Shown: positions 1-13,941 of the stretch, piece after piece
Layout of the letters: the number at the start of each line of letters is the position of its first letter
Position numbering within the stretch: the first letter of the stretch is position 1
Source of the DNA: Lama glama
Taxonomy: Eukaryota
Assembly: GCA_028534125.1 (NCBI GenBank)
Contig: CM052817.1
Span: forward strand, 85,934,001-85,998,000
Direction: 5' to 3'
DNA: 64,000 nucleotides
Notes under the pieces: generated by a model
The model's input: only the letters and a program-made list of their open reading frames with translations
Told to the model about the DNA's origin: nothing
Databases searched by the model: none
Program-made: the position numbers and the translations under genes

Positions 1-135
1 TTCTTTATATAATTTAGATAGTAACCTGTCATTGGATATTTGCAAATATCTTCTCTCCCATTCAGTAGGTTGTCTTTTCATTTTGTGGATGATGTCCTTA
101 ACTGTACAAAAGCTTTTTAGTTTGATGTAGTCCCT
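1..135 (-). mobile_element. L1 ORF2 3'-region fragment (runs off window edge)
   Basis: Antisense L1 text: atatttgcaaatatcttctctcccattcagtaggttgtcttttcattttg...aagctttttagtttgatgtagtccc. Confidence 0.85.
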
Positions 136-3100
136 GACATATATTTTAAAGGAGCAGTAAAATTTCTCCTGCTTAGGAAAATCTAATTTGAAAATAGTTT
201 TGCAGATTTGAATAACAATAGATGAAAGATATGCCAACATATGATGAGATGGGAGTTTTAAATAGCATGTTACCTTCTAATATGTTATTCAGAATAAATC
301 TCTCCTCTCAGTCAATCAGATTTCATTGCAATTATACATTCTTGTGATTAAGTGGTTCTCTTAAATGGTTGTAATACTGCTGTGATTGGAAAATTTGATG
401 TTTTCTTTACTCCCAAGTGTAAATTATTTATTGAAGATATCCCCAAATACAGTTTATGGGATATTTCCTCTAATATGTCTTGATTGTAGACTACATGAAA
501 GGAGGACTTTCTCTAGATTTTTCATATTCTTTCACAAGTGTCAAGCTAGGGCATCGCTCACCATAAGCACTAAATAACAAGTGAGTCTAATATGTAATAG
601 CTTTCACTAATAGGAAATAATTTCTTGTGAAATTTGTCATGTTATATGGGAAGATGTTGATTTTGAGTCTGGCTTAGAAATATAGGATAGACATATTTTT
701 CTGTGTCATTATATGTGCTAACAGTTAGAGGTTAGTTACTAAGTATTTTTGTTTTCCTTGTCCAGGCTTATGAATTTTACTTGCAAAAATCTTTTTCTTA
801 GGTACTTACTTCTAATCTTTAAGTCTCCTTTGAAATTCATTGTTTCTGTGGGTTTTTTGAATTTATAAGCTTTAAAGAGACACAGTGATTTATAAATAGC
901 CTACTAGAGGCTTAACAGAAATAGAAATATTTTACACTTCAATAGCACATTATTTCAGACTAATGCTGTATAACCTCTTAAAAATACAATTTAGTTAAAC
1001 TATTTAATTGTGCTATATATATATATATAAATATTTGTTATTTTGTCTCTGTCCCTCTTGGAATTAAATATTACACAAAACAAAATATTTGTTTTCCATC
1101 AATTGCTATCTATATGACAAAGCATTTATAAAGCTGTGGTGACAAAAGAATACACATTGTAGACAAAACAAATATTCTTTCAGAATTCAATTTCAAAGAT
1201 TACAAAAAGTAAATCTTTATATTATGACCAATGATTTAATAGTACAAAGTACTATAGTAATGTACAACCTAAACCTTAGGATTTGTCTTCTTAATTTTCA
1301 CCCTTTAAAATAGTCACATTTTTAAAATTAAGAAATTATTTTAGATGACTTCACAATGTTTAATATATATAAAGTTCTTACAATAGTACCAATATTTTCT
1401 TGATGCTCTATGATTGCCTGCTATTGTTATTAGTGTTAGCACTACTCTTATTAAGGATTATTTAGGTAGACATTTCAGAATAAATTTTCACTAGCTGTAA
1501 GGTATAATATCATCAAGATTCATCTATTATAGCATTAGATGAAAAAGAAAGATGTTTGTGGCTCCATCCACCCACTTATAGGGGAATAAAAATACTTCAC
1601 AGCTATAAAAATAAGACAAAGTCCTTAATCACACTGGCAGTGGTCATTGCATTTAATTTTCCATGGTTCCTTCACAAGTGTTTTTATCAATCTCTTGAGA
1701 ATCCAATTCTCACTTGAAAGTGAAATGATTCAAGTTGAGATTGTATAATTGGTTTATACTCATTTGCAGTTATAAGCTAGAAAATCTTAAAAGAAAAACA
1801 ACCTTTGAGCAAAGAACAAGGGATGTGACTGGGCCTGGATATGCTAACTGGTGACCTTGAAACTCTTCCTCCCTTTGTTTGCTTGCTTGTGTTTTGAAGT
1901 GTTTGTTAGTTACTGTGGTACAGAGACTATGGATCCTGCTGGGTATTTTTATGTAACTTGCCTCTGGAAGGAAAATACTATAAATTTTTATGAGTGCAAT
2001 CCCTGTAATTATTTGCATGCCTATCCCAGTACTCTGAGAGAGTAAGAGCATTTACAAAAACACATACATCCCACTGAAAACAGTGTGGTATAATGGATAG
2101 CAAAGTATTACACCGCAGTAAATTTAAGGAATGCTATTCATAGTCCCCATGCCACTAAATGAGAAACAAATCGTACTAGAACCTCAGAAAGAAATGTGAG
2201 CACGTGGCTAATACTGAGTTCCCCGTCTCAGTAAAATCTCTATAAAATAATATTTGAGTAGTCTCATTTACTGCCTTAGGCTTTCCCTCGCCTCTCTCCT
2301 ACAAAATGGGATACAAACATTTCAAAATAAATGAGACTACATATTCATTGGCCTTATCTTCTTCTCTGGCATTATTGTACCCAGGTTATGAATTCAATGC
2401 TAGAGCTTGTTAATTGTTTTATAAATATACCAAATGATCAGTCTCCTTCTCATTTTAGCATGGTACTATTTGTTTATCTTACATGCTTAATATAGTAGGT
2501 GAGATGATGAGGAACCTGAGAATTGCAAAATGGCAAACTGTACAGGAACAAATATAACACTAGGGTTCAGGCATACTAAATCTAAAAGGACAGGCTGGTA
2601 AAATTGTGAATAATTCTCTAGGCAGGCAAATTGAGCCTTAAGAGACAATGTTATAAAATATTTGGCCAGCAGACATATGGCTATTTGGGTTCCTGGAAGT
2701 AGCTTAAAAATCCTCGTAGGAGAATATTATTTCCAGTAAAGGTATGAAAAAAATTGTGAGGGATTGCTCCAGTTAGTGATTCATTCAGCAACTCTGGCAA
2801 CACTGCATAATCAGTAGATTATATATGTGTTTGGCTAAATAATGAAAGAAACTTAGGATACTAAGTTGGAGGAAAAAATTAGAAGAAATACTAAGAGGAT
2901 TCTGGGAGAAAAAAACCATCCAATTCAATAATAGAAGCAAATATGGTAACACGACTTGAGAGTCTATTCATTAATTAAAGTGCTTAGTTCTCAAATGGAA
3001 TACAATAGAAAATTTAAGTAGAATAGATGGATAAAACTTCGCACAAATAAACCAACTGCCACTAAATTGGGTACTGTGGGACAGCCCTAAAAGAATGCAA

Positions 3101-3149
3101 AACAAATTAATGTTAACATCATATCTTATTTTGTTCTTTGTTAAGGAGG

Positions 3150-4935
3150 TGCAACTTCCAGCTATGGCCAAGTGAGGAGTCTAACAAGTCCTCTCCTTAA
3201 CAAGTAGCTATAAAGCTAGAAAAAATAAAATAAAATAACCACTATTTTAGGGTTCTGGTATTTGACCAAAGACATAAACCAAGTTAAGAAGTACTTACAC
3301 TTGAAAAATTGCTTAAATATTAACTGTGGGAATCTGTAGCACTTGTCCTGGGGCTGCTTAGACATTTTCCCCTTATACTCATGCTTACACATCGTTAGCA
3401 TGAGACTTCTGCCACAGTGGGGAAAACCACGAGGCTGGCAGCTTCTCTGCTATGGTTAAAGATTTGATTTGAAGCAACGAGTAATGCCAGTACCCACCAT
3501 CATTATTAGTGTATGTGATTCCTTAGAGGCAACAGGGATGTAAGCTTATTCTACTAACCTGAGGTTGTGGTCATGGTTACAGAAAGAATATCTCTGGCTG
3601 TGGCTTTGCACTTGTGCACTGGAAAAGAGAGGGCCCGCCTGCTGACAAACTCCTAGTATACTCTGTGGCTGTCCACCTGGGCATAGAAGACATGAAGAAC
3701 CGAGAAAGAAGAAACATCCAGTGATAACTTAAAAGTTGTTTGAACTTTAAATATGCCTCCTTATGCAAATACAGATTCATGACAGAGTTGGAAGGATTAT
3801 TTCCTAGATTTTTAAAAACAACCTCTGTGTAGTCATTGGTTGATTATTAAATCTGTGGAAAGAAGGAAAAGTTAGGCTTAACCATAAAAGAAGAATTATT
3901 TCAAAATAAATAAAACTAAGTAGACAAACTGTCCAGTGCAATGGAAATAGAATTTGCAGACTTAATCCAGGAAGGTCATTTTAAAAAAGGAACTGAAAAG
4001 AAACAAAAAATGAACAAAAAAGAGAAAAAGCTAACAAACAAAAAACAATGAAAACAATCTTTGGAGAAAATATCAGGATTGAGAATTGAGAGTAGATAAA
4101 CTATATTAATATAATAATTATATTTATATTAATAAGTTATTAAATATATTAATATAAAATATATTTATAATAATTAAAATAATTAATATATAAAATATAT
4201 TACAAAAATACTCAATTTTCAACTTAAAATATTATGGGATATGGAAATAAACAGGAAACTGTGATCCATACTTAGAAAAATAAAAACACCTTATAGAGGT
4301 TATTCCTATTCCCATGGAGAATATAATCCTATGGGATTATAAATACACTCAGATAAACAACAAGGTCCTACTGTATAGTACCGGGAACTATATTCAATAC
4401 CTTATAATAACCTATAATGGAAAATAATCTGAAAAATAATATGTATGTATAACTGAATCACTTTGCTGTATACCAGAAACTAACACATTGTTGGAATTAT
4501 ATTTCCATTAAAAATTTTAAAGTAAATAAACTAAACACATTTAAAGAAAAAGAAAATAAACTCTAAAAAAATTTTTAAAGTGTGGCAATAAAATGTAATA
4601 AATAGAGATTTGTTGGGTGTTAAAAGAACCAAAATGATATTATGGAATTTAAGAATATGATAATTTAACTAAAATATTAAATAAGTTTAATCAACTTCAG
4701 ACTTGTGATGCTACAAGAAGTGATAAATTTGGATATTAATCAGTAAAAATTAACTAATTTGATGAACAGAGAGGAAAAAACAAGCTTGAAGAGAAAAATA
4801 AACAGAGCCTCAGAGGCCAGTGACAGAACATGAAGCAGTCTAACATACTTGCAAATGGAGTCCCAAAAAGTGAGGAGAGAAATGGCTAGAATTTTTTTTA
4901 ATCCAAAATCTTCCTAAATTTTATGAAAATGCATT
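3150..4935 (+). mobile_element. Ancient L1 (L1M-type) 5' region and ORF1 remnant
   Basis: L1M-like 5' start (acttccagctatggccaagtgaggagtctaacaagtcctctcc) and ORF1-like text at 4790-4930 (aaacagagcctcagaggccagtgacagaacatgaagcagtctaacatacttgcaaatggagtccca). Confidence 0.65.
4330..4530 (+). mobile_element. Cetartiodactyl-type L1 3' end nested in the older L1
   Basis: agataaacaacaaggtcctactgtatagtaccgggaactatattcaatac...actgaatcactttgctgtataccagaaactaacac followed by an A-rich tail. Confidence 0.85.
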
Positions 4936-4939
4936 GATT

Positions 4940-5656
4940 GCTAATGGCACAAGAAAAGATACTCAATAGCATTAATCATTAAGAAACTGGAAAACAGAAC
5001 TATAATGAGGTACCTCTGTATACCTACTAGGATGGTTATAATAAAAAAAAAAGATAATACCAAGTCTTGGCAAAGTTGTAAGCAAACCTGAACAATCTTA
5101 CGTTGCTGAGGGGAATGTAAAATGGTATATTCATTTTTTAAAAAATATTAAATATAAGCTTACTTTATAATCAAATATATATACACTCAAAGACAGGTAC
5201 ACAAATGTTTAGAATAGCATTACTGACAATATCCAAAAGTGGAAACAAACCAAATGCCTATCAACTTGTGAGTGGATGAACAAATCTGGTATATCCATGC
5301 AATGGAATACCGTTCAGCAAATTAAAGGAACCAACTACTGATACATGGTACACGCTGGATGAATCTCAAAAACATTACAGTAAGTGAAAGGATGCAAAAT
5401 ACTACACTTGGTATAATTCTATTTACTTGAAATGTCTAGCAGAGATAAATTCATAGAACGATCAGTTGTTGCCTAGGGCCAGGAGTAGAAGCAGGGATTA
5501 ACTGCTAATAAGCACAAGGGAACTTTTTGAGATGAGAAAATATGTTAAACCTAGATTGCTGTGACAACTCCATAAATTTATTAAATTATTGAGATGTAAA
5601 CTTATGATGGATAAACTTTATGTTATAAAAATTATATTTCAACATAGCTGTTTAAA
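4940..5656 (+). mobile_element. Ancient L1 ORF2 end and 3'UTR (L1MB/L1ME-like)
   Basis: tatacctactaggatggttataat...ggaatgtaaaatggta...ggaaacaaaccaaatgcctatcaac...gaatctcaaaaacattacagtaagtgaaag...aattatatttcaacatagctgtttaaaa. Confidence 0.85.
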
Positions 5657-7186
5657 ACTCTCTGGTATGTTAATAGAGATTGTAGAGGTTGTCTTGTTCC
5701 TGAATTCATATCAGCTAAAATTATGTCTGATTAATAAAATTGAACCTTGTTTTTTTTTTTAAAGACATTATTTTTTTAGATCAGTGGAGCCTTGCCTTAT
5801 TACAGGCTACGTTTCCTTTTAGAGCAATTATATACTGGAGCTGAGCTTGTTGAGGAGTGCTTTTGCAATAATGTCTTAATCACAAGAGGATCAAAAGATA
5901 GAGATTAAACTATTTATTTGTAACAATTTCTCGAATACCAGCAATAACAGGTTCTTGCCTTTGTCAAGAAAGAAAAAGACATAGAAATGATGATGGGCAG
6001 CCAGAAACTCCAGGGTAGGGACCCATAAAATCCTTGATTTCAGGATAAGGGAGAATCAACAGCTTCAACTATGGAAAGAAGCCAACCGTTTTCCACAGAT
6101 TTCAATCTAGAGATAGCAGTATTTAGATTGAAAATTTAGCACATGAATCCCAGACCATGACTGAGGGGGGAATGCCTGCAATACTGTTGGCATTTCCTGG
6201 TATAAGGAGGTCATCTGGTAACAACGCAATTCTAATTCACCACCGAGATAGAAGTAAGAGCTCAATGGATCCATAGGTGGGAAGAATGCGAGTCTATTTT
6301 ATTTTTCTTGTTTTGTCCTATAGGCTTAGCCAGTAGCAATCCACAATAAAAATAATTAAGTAGATAGTACTTTCAAGGTAACAGTTCAGAACTGGTGCCC
6401 AAAAGTTGATCGATTTGATAGACTTTGAAAGGACCACACAATGTGTATGTGCTCACTGGACAGCAGGCCCTGGGGAACAGAGCTCTTCTCACTTCCTCCC
6501 CACGGCTGAGTCCAAACTCCACATGCCATTCAATACGACATAGTTTAGTGTAAACTAATGGAGAGAGGCATCACTGGAACATAGAAAGGACTTAAAGGAA
6601 CCAAGTTTGGGAGAAAGGAAAGGAAAGAAGGGGTTCAAACAGCACTCAGCATGTAGTTTCTTCACTGGAGACGGCACTGCTGCTGAGTGAGAAGACCTAA
6701 GCCAGAATCAGAGGCCAAGGGAGTCTTTCTTAAAAAGCATCTTCCCTTATGCACATGCAATTGACTGGAATATGACATTGGAATCCAAAGACATCAACAT
6801 TTATTCTTCAGGACTGTTTATTTGCTTTGACAGTCTAATTCTAAGGTCATTAAGGACATGATACATACTACCTGCTCTCTTCTATAAGAGTTGGTAAAGA
6901 ATAAGAAGTATAAAACTACTAGATTAACTGGCATGTAATTTTACTAATGTAAATGCAAACCTGTGTTTCACTAGTATGACAGTGTCTGGTAATATTTTTA
7001 AATATATTCAGAGGCACAATATTTTTCATTTTTCTACTCTTTCTGTAAGTTGACTATTTCCCTAAGTCAAAATTTTTATAAACATATGGCATTTCTTTAT
7101 CATCAGCATATTATACCCTGTCTTTTACAGTGTGAAGGTTAAGGGAATAAACTTTGCCATCAAGATGCTTATGTTTAAAGTTAAAC

Positions 7187-7520
7187 TCTGTGGTTGCCAG
7201 AGGTAGGAGGTCTGGGGGAGCTGGTGAGATGAGTGAAGGTGGTCAAAAGCTACAAACTTCCACGTACAAAATAAGTAAGTTCTGGGCATGTAATGGACAG
7301 CATGGTGACTATAGTTAATAACACTGTATTATATATTTGAAAATGGCTAAGAAAGTAGATCTTAAAAGTTTTCATCACAAGAAAAAAATATGTAACTATG
7401 TGTGGTAAAGGATATTAACTTGATCTATTATAGTGATCATTTCATAGTATATACATATATTGAATCATCATGTTGTACATCTAAAACTAATATAATATAT
7501 TTGAATCGCATCTCAATAAA
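7187..7520 (+). mobile_element. 5'-truncated L1 3'UTR (L1MA9-like) with perfect 10-bp TSD
   Basis: gtggttgccagagg...acagcatggtgactatagttaataacactgtattatatatttgaaaatggctaag...tctcaataaa; TSD aaagttaaac at 7177-7186 and 7521-7530 at a tt|aaag L1-endonuclease-type site. Confidence 0.92.
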
Positions 7521-9779
7521 AAAGTTAAACCCAATTTTCAGTCACAGCTACCTTAGAAAAATGTTGGTTTAGAGAAATAGATATCCAAAAATAACTGAAA
7601 ATTCAACTGTACATTTTACTGGAAATTTAGTTTATAAATAACTAGCTGTGTCACATCAGCATTTTGAGTTAGAATTAATGTCAGACACTCTTTAAATAAT
7701 AAAATCATTGCTAATTCTGAGATCCTCCTTCAGGCATCGATAAGCAAAAACACTGCCATAGTACCCTTGGGTTCCTTCCTCAATACATTTTTGGGAATTC
7801 CTGAGTAATATTTATAGCTTAATAAACTCACCCTACTTTTCATGTCACTTTTTTCCTACTACGAAGAAAAAGAATCTCTAGCTGCTTCTGAATTCTTTCT
7901 TTCTCTTCAATCCTTGTTCTTCATGATTTCCTTGTGGAGGTCATGCACTTACTGCTAATTTGGTTTTGGGGAAGAGCAATTATCTTTCTAGAAAACTTGT
8001 CAAAAGTCCATGTAAGTCCAGGCTAGTGCTTAACAAAGGTATCCTAAGAGCAGGGAGGATAACAGAAGTTGCTGCAGAGAACCTAGATTGCCACTGGTGG
8101 TTCAAGTTCCCAAATCCCACACTATCCCCTGTTTAACTACAGCAGGACAGTATCCTTGGAGGGGAAAACAGCTCACTCTCCAGGCACAACCCCGTGCGGC
8201 CTCACTTGGAATTCCTGTCCTCCGAAGTTTCCTACCTCTTTTTACAACAAAAGCAGACAGTGCCTTCACTTTACTCTGTTAAGGACTGTTCTATGTTTCT
8301 TGAAACCAAAATAATACAGGAGAATAAAATATACACAATCCTCAATAATTGATAAAAATGAAGCACCACAATTCCTTAAGAGAGAGAGGAAAAAAACTGA
8401 CAATAATTATAAGAGCAATTTGTCTCAAGGCTCCATTTATAAAATATAGTGTCATCTTAAACAATGTCTTTAAGATCTTTAATATTAGATCTCCAAAAGA
8501 TTTTTAAATGACCTTATTTTTATTATTTTTATATTTATATAATTTAAAAATAACATACTTGAAAATGAAAGTTCAATGAGAGATTTCAAAGTTGTTTGGA
8601 GGTGACAGTGAGAAAAGACACTCTACAATAAATAAAATATTATGTTTACTTTTACATTGGCAAAGATATTTTATTACCCTATAGATTGTAAAAATATATT
8701 TTTCATTCACTGATATTCTTCATATATTAAAAACCCTATTTGTTTAATTTGTAGAAATGCCTATAAAGGAAATCATAACACCTTTATAAGAATTAAATAT
8801 TGCTATTTCAAGATATAACATATGTTCAATATAAGATGATAGACTTAGAAAACAAGATTATTTTATATTGGGGAATAATTTTGTAAATAGTTACAAGATT
8901 AATAAAAGAAGGCTAAAGGTTATATCAATATATCGATATGAGAATGAAAATCTTATGGAATATCTCAAACATCAAGTTTAACATTGAAAACTGTTTCAAT
9001 TACATACGGCATATTGGCATATACTTTAGGAATTCTAATAGCAGTGCTGCCTAGTAAAGATACCTAATGAGTCAAACCATATCACATACTGTTTTTATAG
9101 TAATGGATTATTCATGAATGGTTCACCTAACAATAACGCCAGTCATTAATATTCTGAATATGGTATCGTGAACAATGTTGAAATGCTGTCAGAGCTACTA
9201 ATCCAATCATACACTCAGAATCATTCACCATTCATTTATTTGTTATTTATATTTAGCTTTGTCAAGAAAATAAAAGTCAGGTTAAAGTATATTTTCTGGT
9301 AGGGATAATTTTAGTAATATTTTGCATATTTATTTTCTGAAGGAAAATTTGATATTAATACACTTAGCTACTATAGTCACTAGATCCATTAGTTGGATTG
9401 CAACTTAAGGGGTCATGTCTCGAGTTTGACAAGTCAGTTTTTTCCTTGAGTACTTTATTCTCAAAATTCTAAGAAAGCTAAGACAAAACTGCTGTCCTGG
9501 TTTTCATACCTGGCTTTATATTTTGAGTGTTCTTACAGGGGCCTTGTATACTTCATCAGATAGATCTTATCATCTGAAATTTGAAACCTTAGAGATATAA
9601 TATGAATTGGCTATCTAGTCACATTATTACTTGATATCCCCTATTTAAATTACTATCTAAATTACATTCATAAGAAATGTAATTTAGAGCTTACATAAAG
9701 ATAACACATAACTTTTCCCTAAGAATTGATATAACTCTTCCTTTTCTAAGCAAACTGAAGCTCTATGTGTCATAGTATT

Positions 9780-9990
9780 TAGAGTAATAAATACTGAGTA
9801 AAAAATTCTGGTTTTTGTTTTTGATTCATATTAATCTTATAATATTTAATCAAATTACTAAATCTTATTAAGAGAGAACTTCTTTATCTAGAATTTTTAA
9901 TAATATTATATATCTGCTGGAGATTTGGTGAGGATTAAATTAGAAGATATATGCTGGGTTTCTATAATTTCAAAGATTTGTTAAAATATT
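9780..9990 (+). mobile_element. Degenerate MIR SINE
   Basis: MIR core/tail-like ...ctggagatttggtgaggattaaattagaagatatatg. Confidence 0.45.
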
Positions 9991-10037
9991 AGTAATTGTC
10001 ACATTCATAACAATGTAAATGATTGTGGTATGTATTA

Positions 10038-10238
10038 CAGGGTCAGTGAACTGAAGACCAATCTGACTGCCTGTTTTTATCAATAAAGTTTTATTGGAAT
10101 GCAGTCATGCCCACTTGTTTACACATTGTCTATAGCTGCTTTCTCCCTATAATTGCAAAGTTGAGTAGTTATAATAGAGACCATACACAGCTTGCAAAGT
10201 TGAAAATATTTACTTACTGACCAATTAGCCAAACTCGG
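10038..10238 (+). mobile_element. MER58A-like hAT-Charlie MITE
   Basis: cagggtcagtgaact...gcctgtttttatcaataaagttttattggaatgcagtcatgcccacttgtttacacattgtctatagctgctttc...gcaaagttgagtagtt matches the recalled MER58A consensus. Confidence 0.88.
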
Positions 10239-10784
10239 ATTTATGCTATTACTTATGTAAATGTTTTACTTTTTGTCATCAAGACTGCTGTAGTTGAAAA
10301 TTTATTTAAATTAAGCAATAGTACTTTGGAAAACACTGAGACTTTAAAATTATGTTCTATACAAGACCTTAGTCAGTACATACTCAATACATATGATACT
10401 TTCATTACTTATAATACATGGCCTAAAGTTTATTATGTTAATTAGCATGTGTACTTTTTGAAGCATGTAGGTATTTTTAAGTTTGAGGGTTTTTTTTTTT
10501 TTTTTGGCTTAACCTGAAAGAGGAGCATTGGTATTTTCTTCCTAGTCCCACAAGCATGGAAGTAAGGGTGTAACTAAATTAAACACACACACACACACAT
10601 ATATCACTTATTTATATGTACATATACATATATATTTATGATTTTTCTTGGAGCTTTTTTCTTTTAGTAAACAGAGACTTTGATTGCTGATTTTATTTTA
10701 TTAATGGTTGAACTGAATTGTTAGTGTTTGGAATCTTGCTATCATTCACCCCATGTTCCTTACTCTCATATAAAATATATAGTA

Positions 10785-11330
10785 TGATCAGTTCTGCTAT
10801 AGCACAAAATAAGTGCTCTTATGGAAAGTTGTACAATAAAAACAGAGGGCTTATGGGAAAAATGTGGTTAGGGTCAACACACTAAAAAAGTTAATCACAC
10901 ACATTAAAAAAAATTGAAACCTAACAAAAAACAGTTTTACATGTGTTAAATGATTAAGAATGTATAAACACATAGGGAATAGACCTGAAGTTTGCTTGTA
11001 GAAGAAGGGTTGTAGCTTGTGAGGCATCATGAAGTGATGGAAGGAAGGTTGTCTAAAATCTAACAGACTGTTGTACTACAAGATGAGAATGGGTGTGGCT
11101 CATAACACATGGCTAACTATGGTAGTGAAAGACATTCGAAGTGTTGTATGTGTTTGTGTGTGTTCGTGAACTCAGCTGTTTATAGTCTTCTGCATCCACC
11201 TAATTTCCCACAGATGAAATAAGGCATAAGTAAATGTGAAATCTGCATCATGCTACAATTGTTCCCTAATATATCAGTTGTCTTAGGACAAATTGTGTTC
11301 ATAAGCAAGTGTTATAGCCAAGCTCAGTGT
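10785..11330 (+). mobile_element. Tigger13a-like TcMar MITE
   Basis: aataaaaacagagggcttatgggaaaaatgtggttaggg...gacctgaagtttgcttgt...gggtgtggctcataacac...ttgttccctaatatatcag...gtgttatagcc; degenerate terminal inverted repeats. Confidence 0.8.
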
Positions 11331-13449
11331 ACGTGAAGACCATTTCTTAATCTTTTCTTCTTTGTGTATGCTGATAAATGATAGTAAGTAGTCTAGACGC
11401 AGACATCTTTCATCCTTTTCTCAGCCTACAATGTGGGAAAAATTCCAGGCTATGAAGTCCCAGATTACCTTATCTAAATTCTTGACCTAGATACTATCCA
11501 GTAGGTAAATTACCTCCCAAGCATAATAAATTCCTATGCCTCCAAATTTTGATTTACTACAAAAATAAACACTTGTCTTTAGATATCGGAAAACTTAATT
11601 TACTAGATCATATCTTGAAAAACTGATATAAAGTTAGTTTAAAATAAGAGTCCTTGCCAGCATTGCACCTTCCCTTACACAATCTGGTGTAAATAAATAC
11701 TTAACAAGTGCCAAGAAAATTTAGATGATGAAATTAATTATAAATAATCAAATTTAAAGATCTTAATAAAATGTCTATAGCTCAGATCAGTGCCTATTTT
11801 CACTTCTGCTTATTATAAAACAAAAGGTCATTTGGAATACAAGTCATTCCAGATTTCACTCGGCTTAAAGCCTTTCCTTAGAAGACTCTCTTATGCGTTA
11901 AAAACAACATTAATGCATTTTCTGTTTAGGCTAAAAGTCCTGAATCTGTTGGCATGCTATGTAGAGACTGGGCTTTTGAGAGCCCTGGCTCAAGGGAATC
12001 ATTTGGGTTCTCTGGGTTCCATGATCTGCATCACACCTCCTCACAGCCATGATTGCTTGTGTTTATCTGAGAGGTTTTCAAGAATGTTAAATTTGAACCA
12101 CAAGACTGTGAATTTTCCTAAAGAAGTACGTATAAACACATGTCTTTTAATTTTTAGTTACACCTGATGTTCTGATGTTGTTGTAGTAATTTGCTGTGTA
12201 TGAAAGGCAAAGCCTATTCCTGAATATCTCTATATATAATCAAAAATTTTATTTAAGGACATAAGCATAAAGCACACTCAGTTACATGACAAAGCATGTA
12301 TACAAACATATTCAAATAGCATTTTTTAGTTTAGTCTACATTCAAATTTTATAATATTTGTACTGGCGTTCCCTCCACTATATCTAAAGTATAACTTTTT
12401 TTCTAATGTGTTCTACATACATATCACACGTTAATATTTTTACTATATTAAAACTAATATCAAATATTTAAATTGCTGAAAAATTACAGCTAAATTCAAA
12501 GCTGCAAAAGAAGATGCTTATCTCTCTAATATAAAGCTATAATTAGATATTCAATCACACATACATTAAAATATTTTATGATCTTTCTGTAAATGAGAAA
12601 ATAATTACTTTTTAAATTATATTCTAAGACGTCTTTGCAAATTATAATATCTACATTAGGAAGCAAAATTAATATCTGTTCCAAACCATTTGGCAAATTA
12701 CAAATTCACAGACTTTCATTTATCTAGCGACGTACCTGTTTGGATACTTTATTATTACATACATGTCACTTTTTAAAAAACAAACTAAAAAATAAGATTC
12801 AGAACCTACATAAATATACTAACTACCTCCCAGAAATAGTATTTTAGAAGAATGGATTTTTGTTTCAAGAGTTCTAAAGAATATCAGAATGTATGTGCAT
12901 TCCTTAGCTGAATAATACCAAGTCATAAAAAATTTGCCATAGTTTCAGGGCTAAAATGATTAGTGACTCACTGTGCATAAGTTCTGAAAATTCAATAAAT
13001 AGAAAATCCATTAAAAAATTACCACCATGATATTCAGTACATAAGCTGACACTGATGCTGCTTTACAATTTTGGTAATACGAATAGGTCATGATGTAAGA
13101 AGTATTCTAATCAGTTATATTCTTATGGGTTGATACTCAGATTAAATTAATGGTTAAGCCTCCTGAATATTAAAAAGTGGCTTAATTATTTGATGCACAA
13201 AGAGGCCAGTAGATAATTACTTGTTTTTGAGTAGCCATATAATTTTAGTCCACAGAGGAAAACTTGAGAGGATAAAGGACTATTATTAATGATTATGGTG
13301 GAAAACAGGCATGGCCTGGACTTCCTTGCATCAAACAGAATATAATTTCTTCTTTTTTAGATGTCATTTGAGGAGTGCTGCAGAAGAAGCCTCATAAAAG
13401 AAAGTTCTCTGTGTTTTTCGGAATTACCTGAGATGGTCATCTATAGTTA

Positions 13450-13919
13450 CAGGTATGCTTGAAGATACTGTAGGTTTGGTTCCACATGAACACAGTATAG
13501 TAAATATTGAAATAAAGCAAGTCATATGAATGTTTTGATTTGCCAATACATGATAATGTAGTCAATTAAGTGTGTAATAACACTAATGTCTAAAAAAATC
13601 TGCATATCTTATTTTAAAAATTCTTTTTTGCTAAAAAATGCTAACCATTATCTGAGCCTTCAGTGAGTTATAATCTTTTGGCAATATCAGAGATCATTGA
13701 TCATAGGTTACCACAACAAATATAATAATAATGAAATGTTTGAAATATTGCAAGAATTAACAAAACGTGACACAGAGGCATGAAGTGAGCAAATGCTGTT
13801 GGAAAAAGGGCACTGACAGGCTTGCTTAATGCACCGTTGCCACAAGCCTTCCCTTTGTAAAAAAAGCAGTATCTTGTGAAGCACAATAAAGCAAAGCACA
13901 ATAAAATGAGGTATGCCTG
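13450..13919 (-). mobile_element. Tigger1 internal-deletion derivative (Tigger1a-type MITE), both ends present
   Basis: TIRs caggtatgct (13450) and aggtatgcctg (ends 13919), flanked by TA dinucleotides at 13448-13449 and 13920-13921; Tigger1 terminal text gcacaataaagcaaagcacaataaaatgaggtatgcctg. Confidence 0.9.
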
Positions 13920-13941
13920 TAATGTTTGTTTCGAAGAATCT

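Noticed and set aside
1770..1854. Possible exon after catttgcag (YKLENLKRKTTFEQR...)
   Set aside because: Short, closes with a stop, no recognisable homology.
4100..4205. Extreme AT-rich tract as a functional element (also 58160-58260)
   Set aside because: Low-complexity expansion inside L1 remnants.
6100..6133. Hairpin tttcaatcta...tagattgaaa
   Set aside because: Short, AT-rich stem expected by chance in 64 kb; too small for a pre-miRNA.
7990..8290. GC-elevated patch as a promoter or first exon
   Set aside because: Only a few CpGs and no convincing TATA/Inr or exon structure; insufficient evidence.
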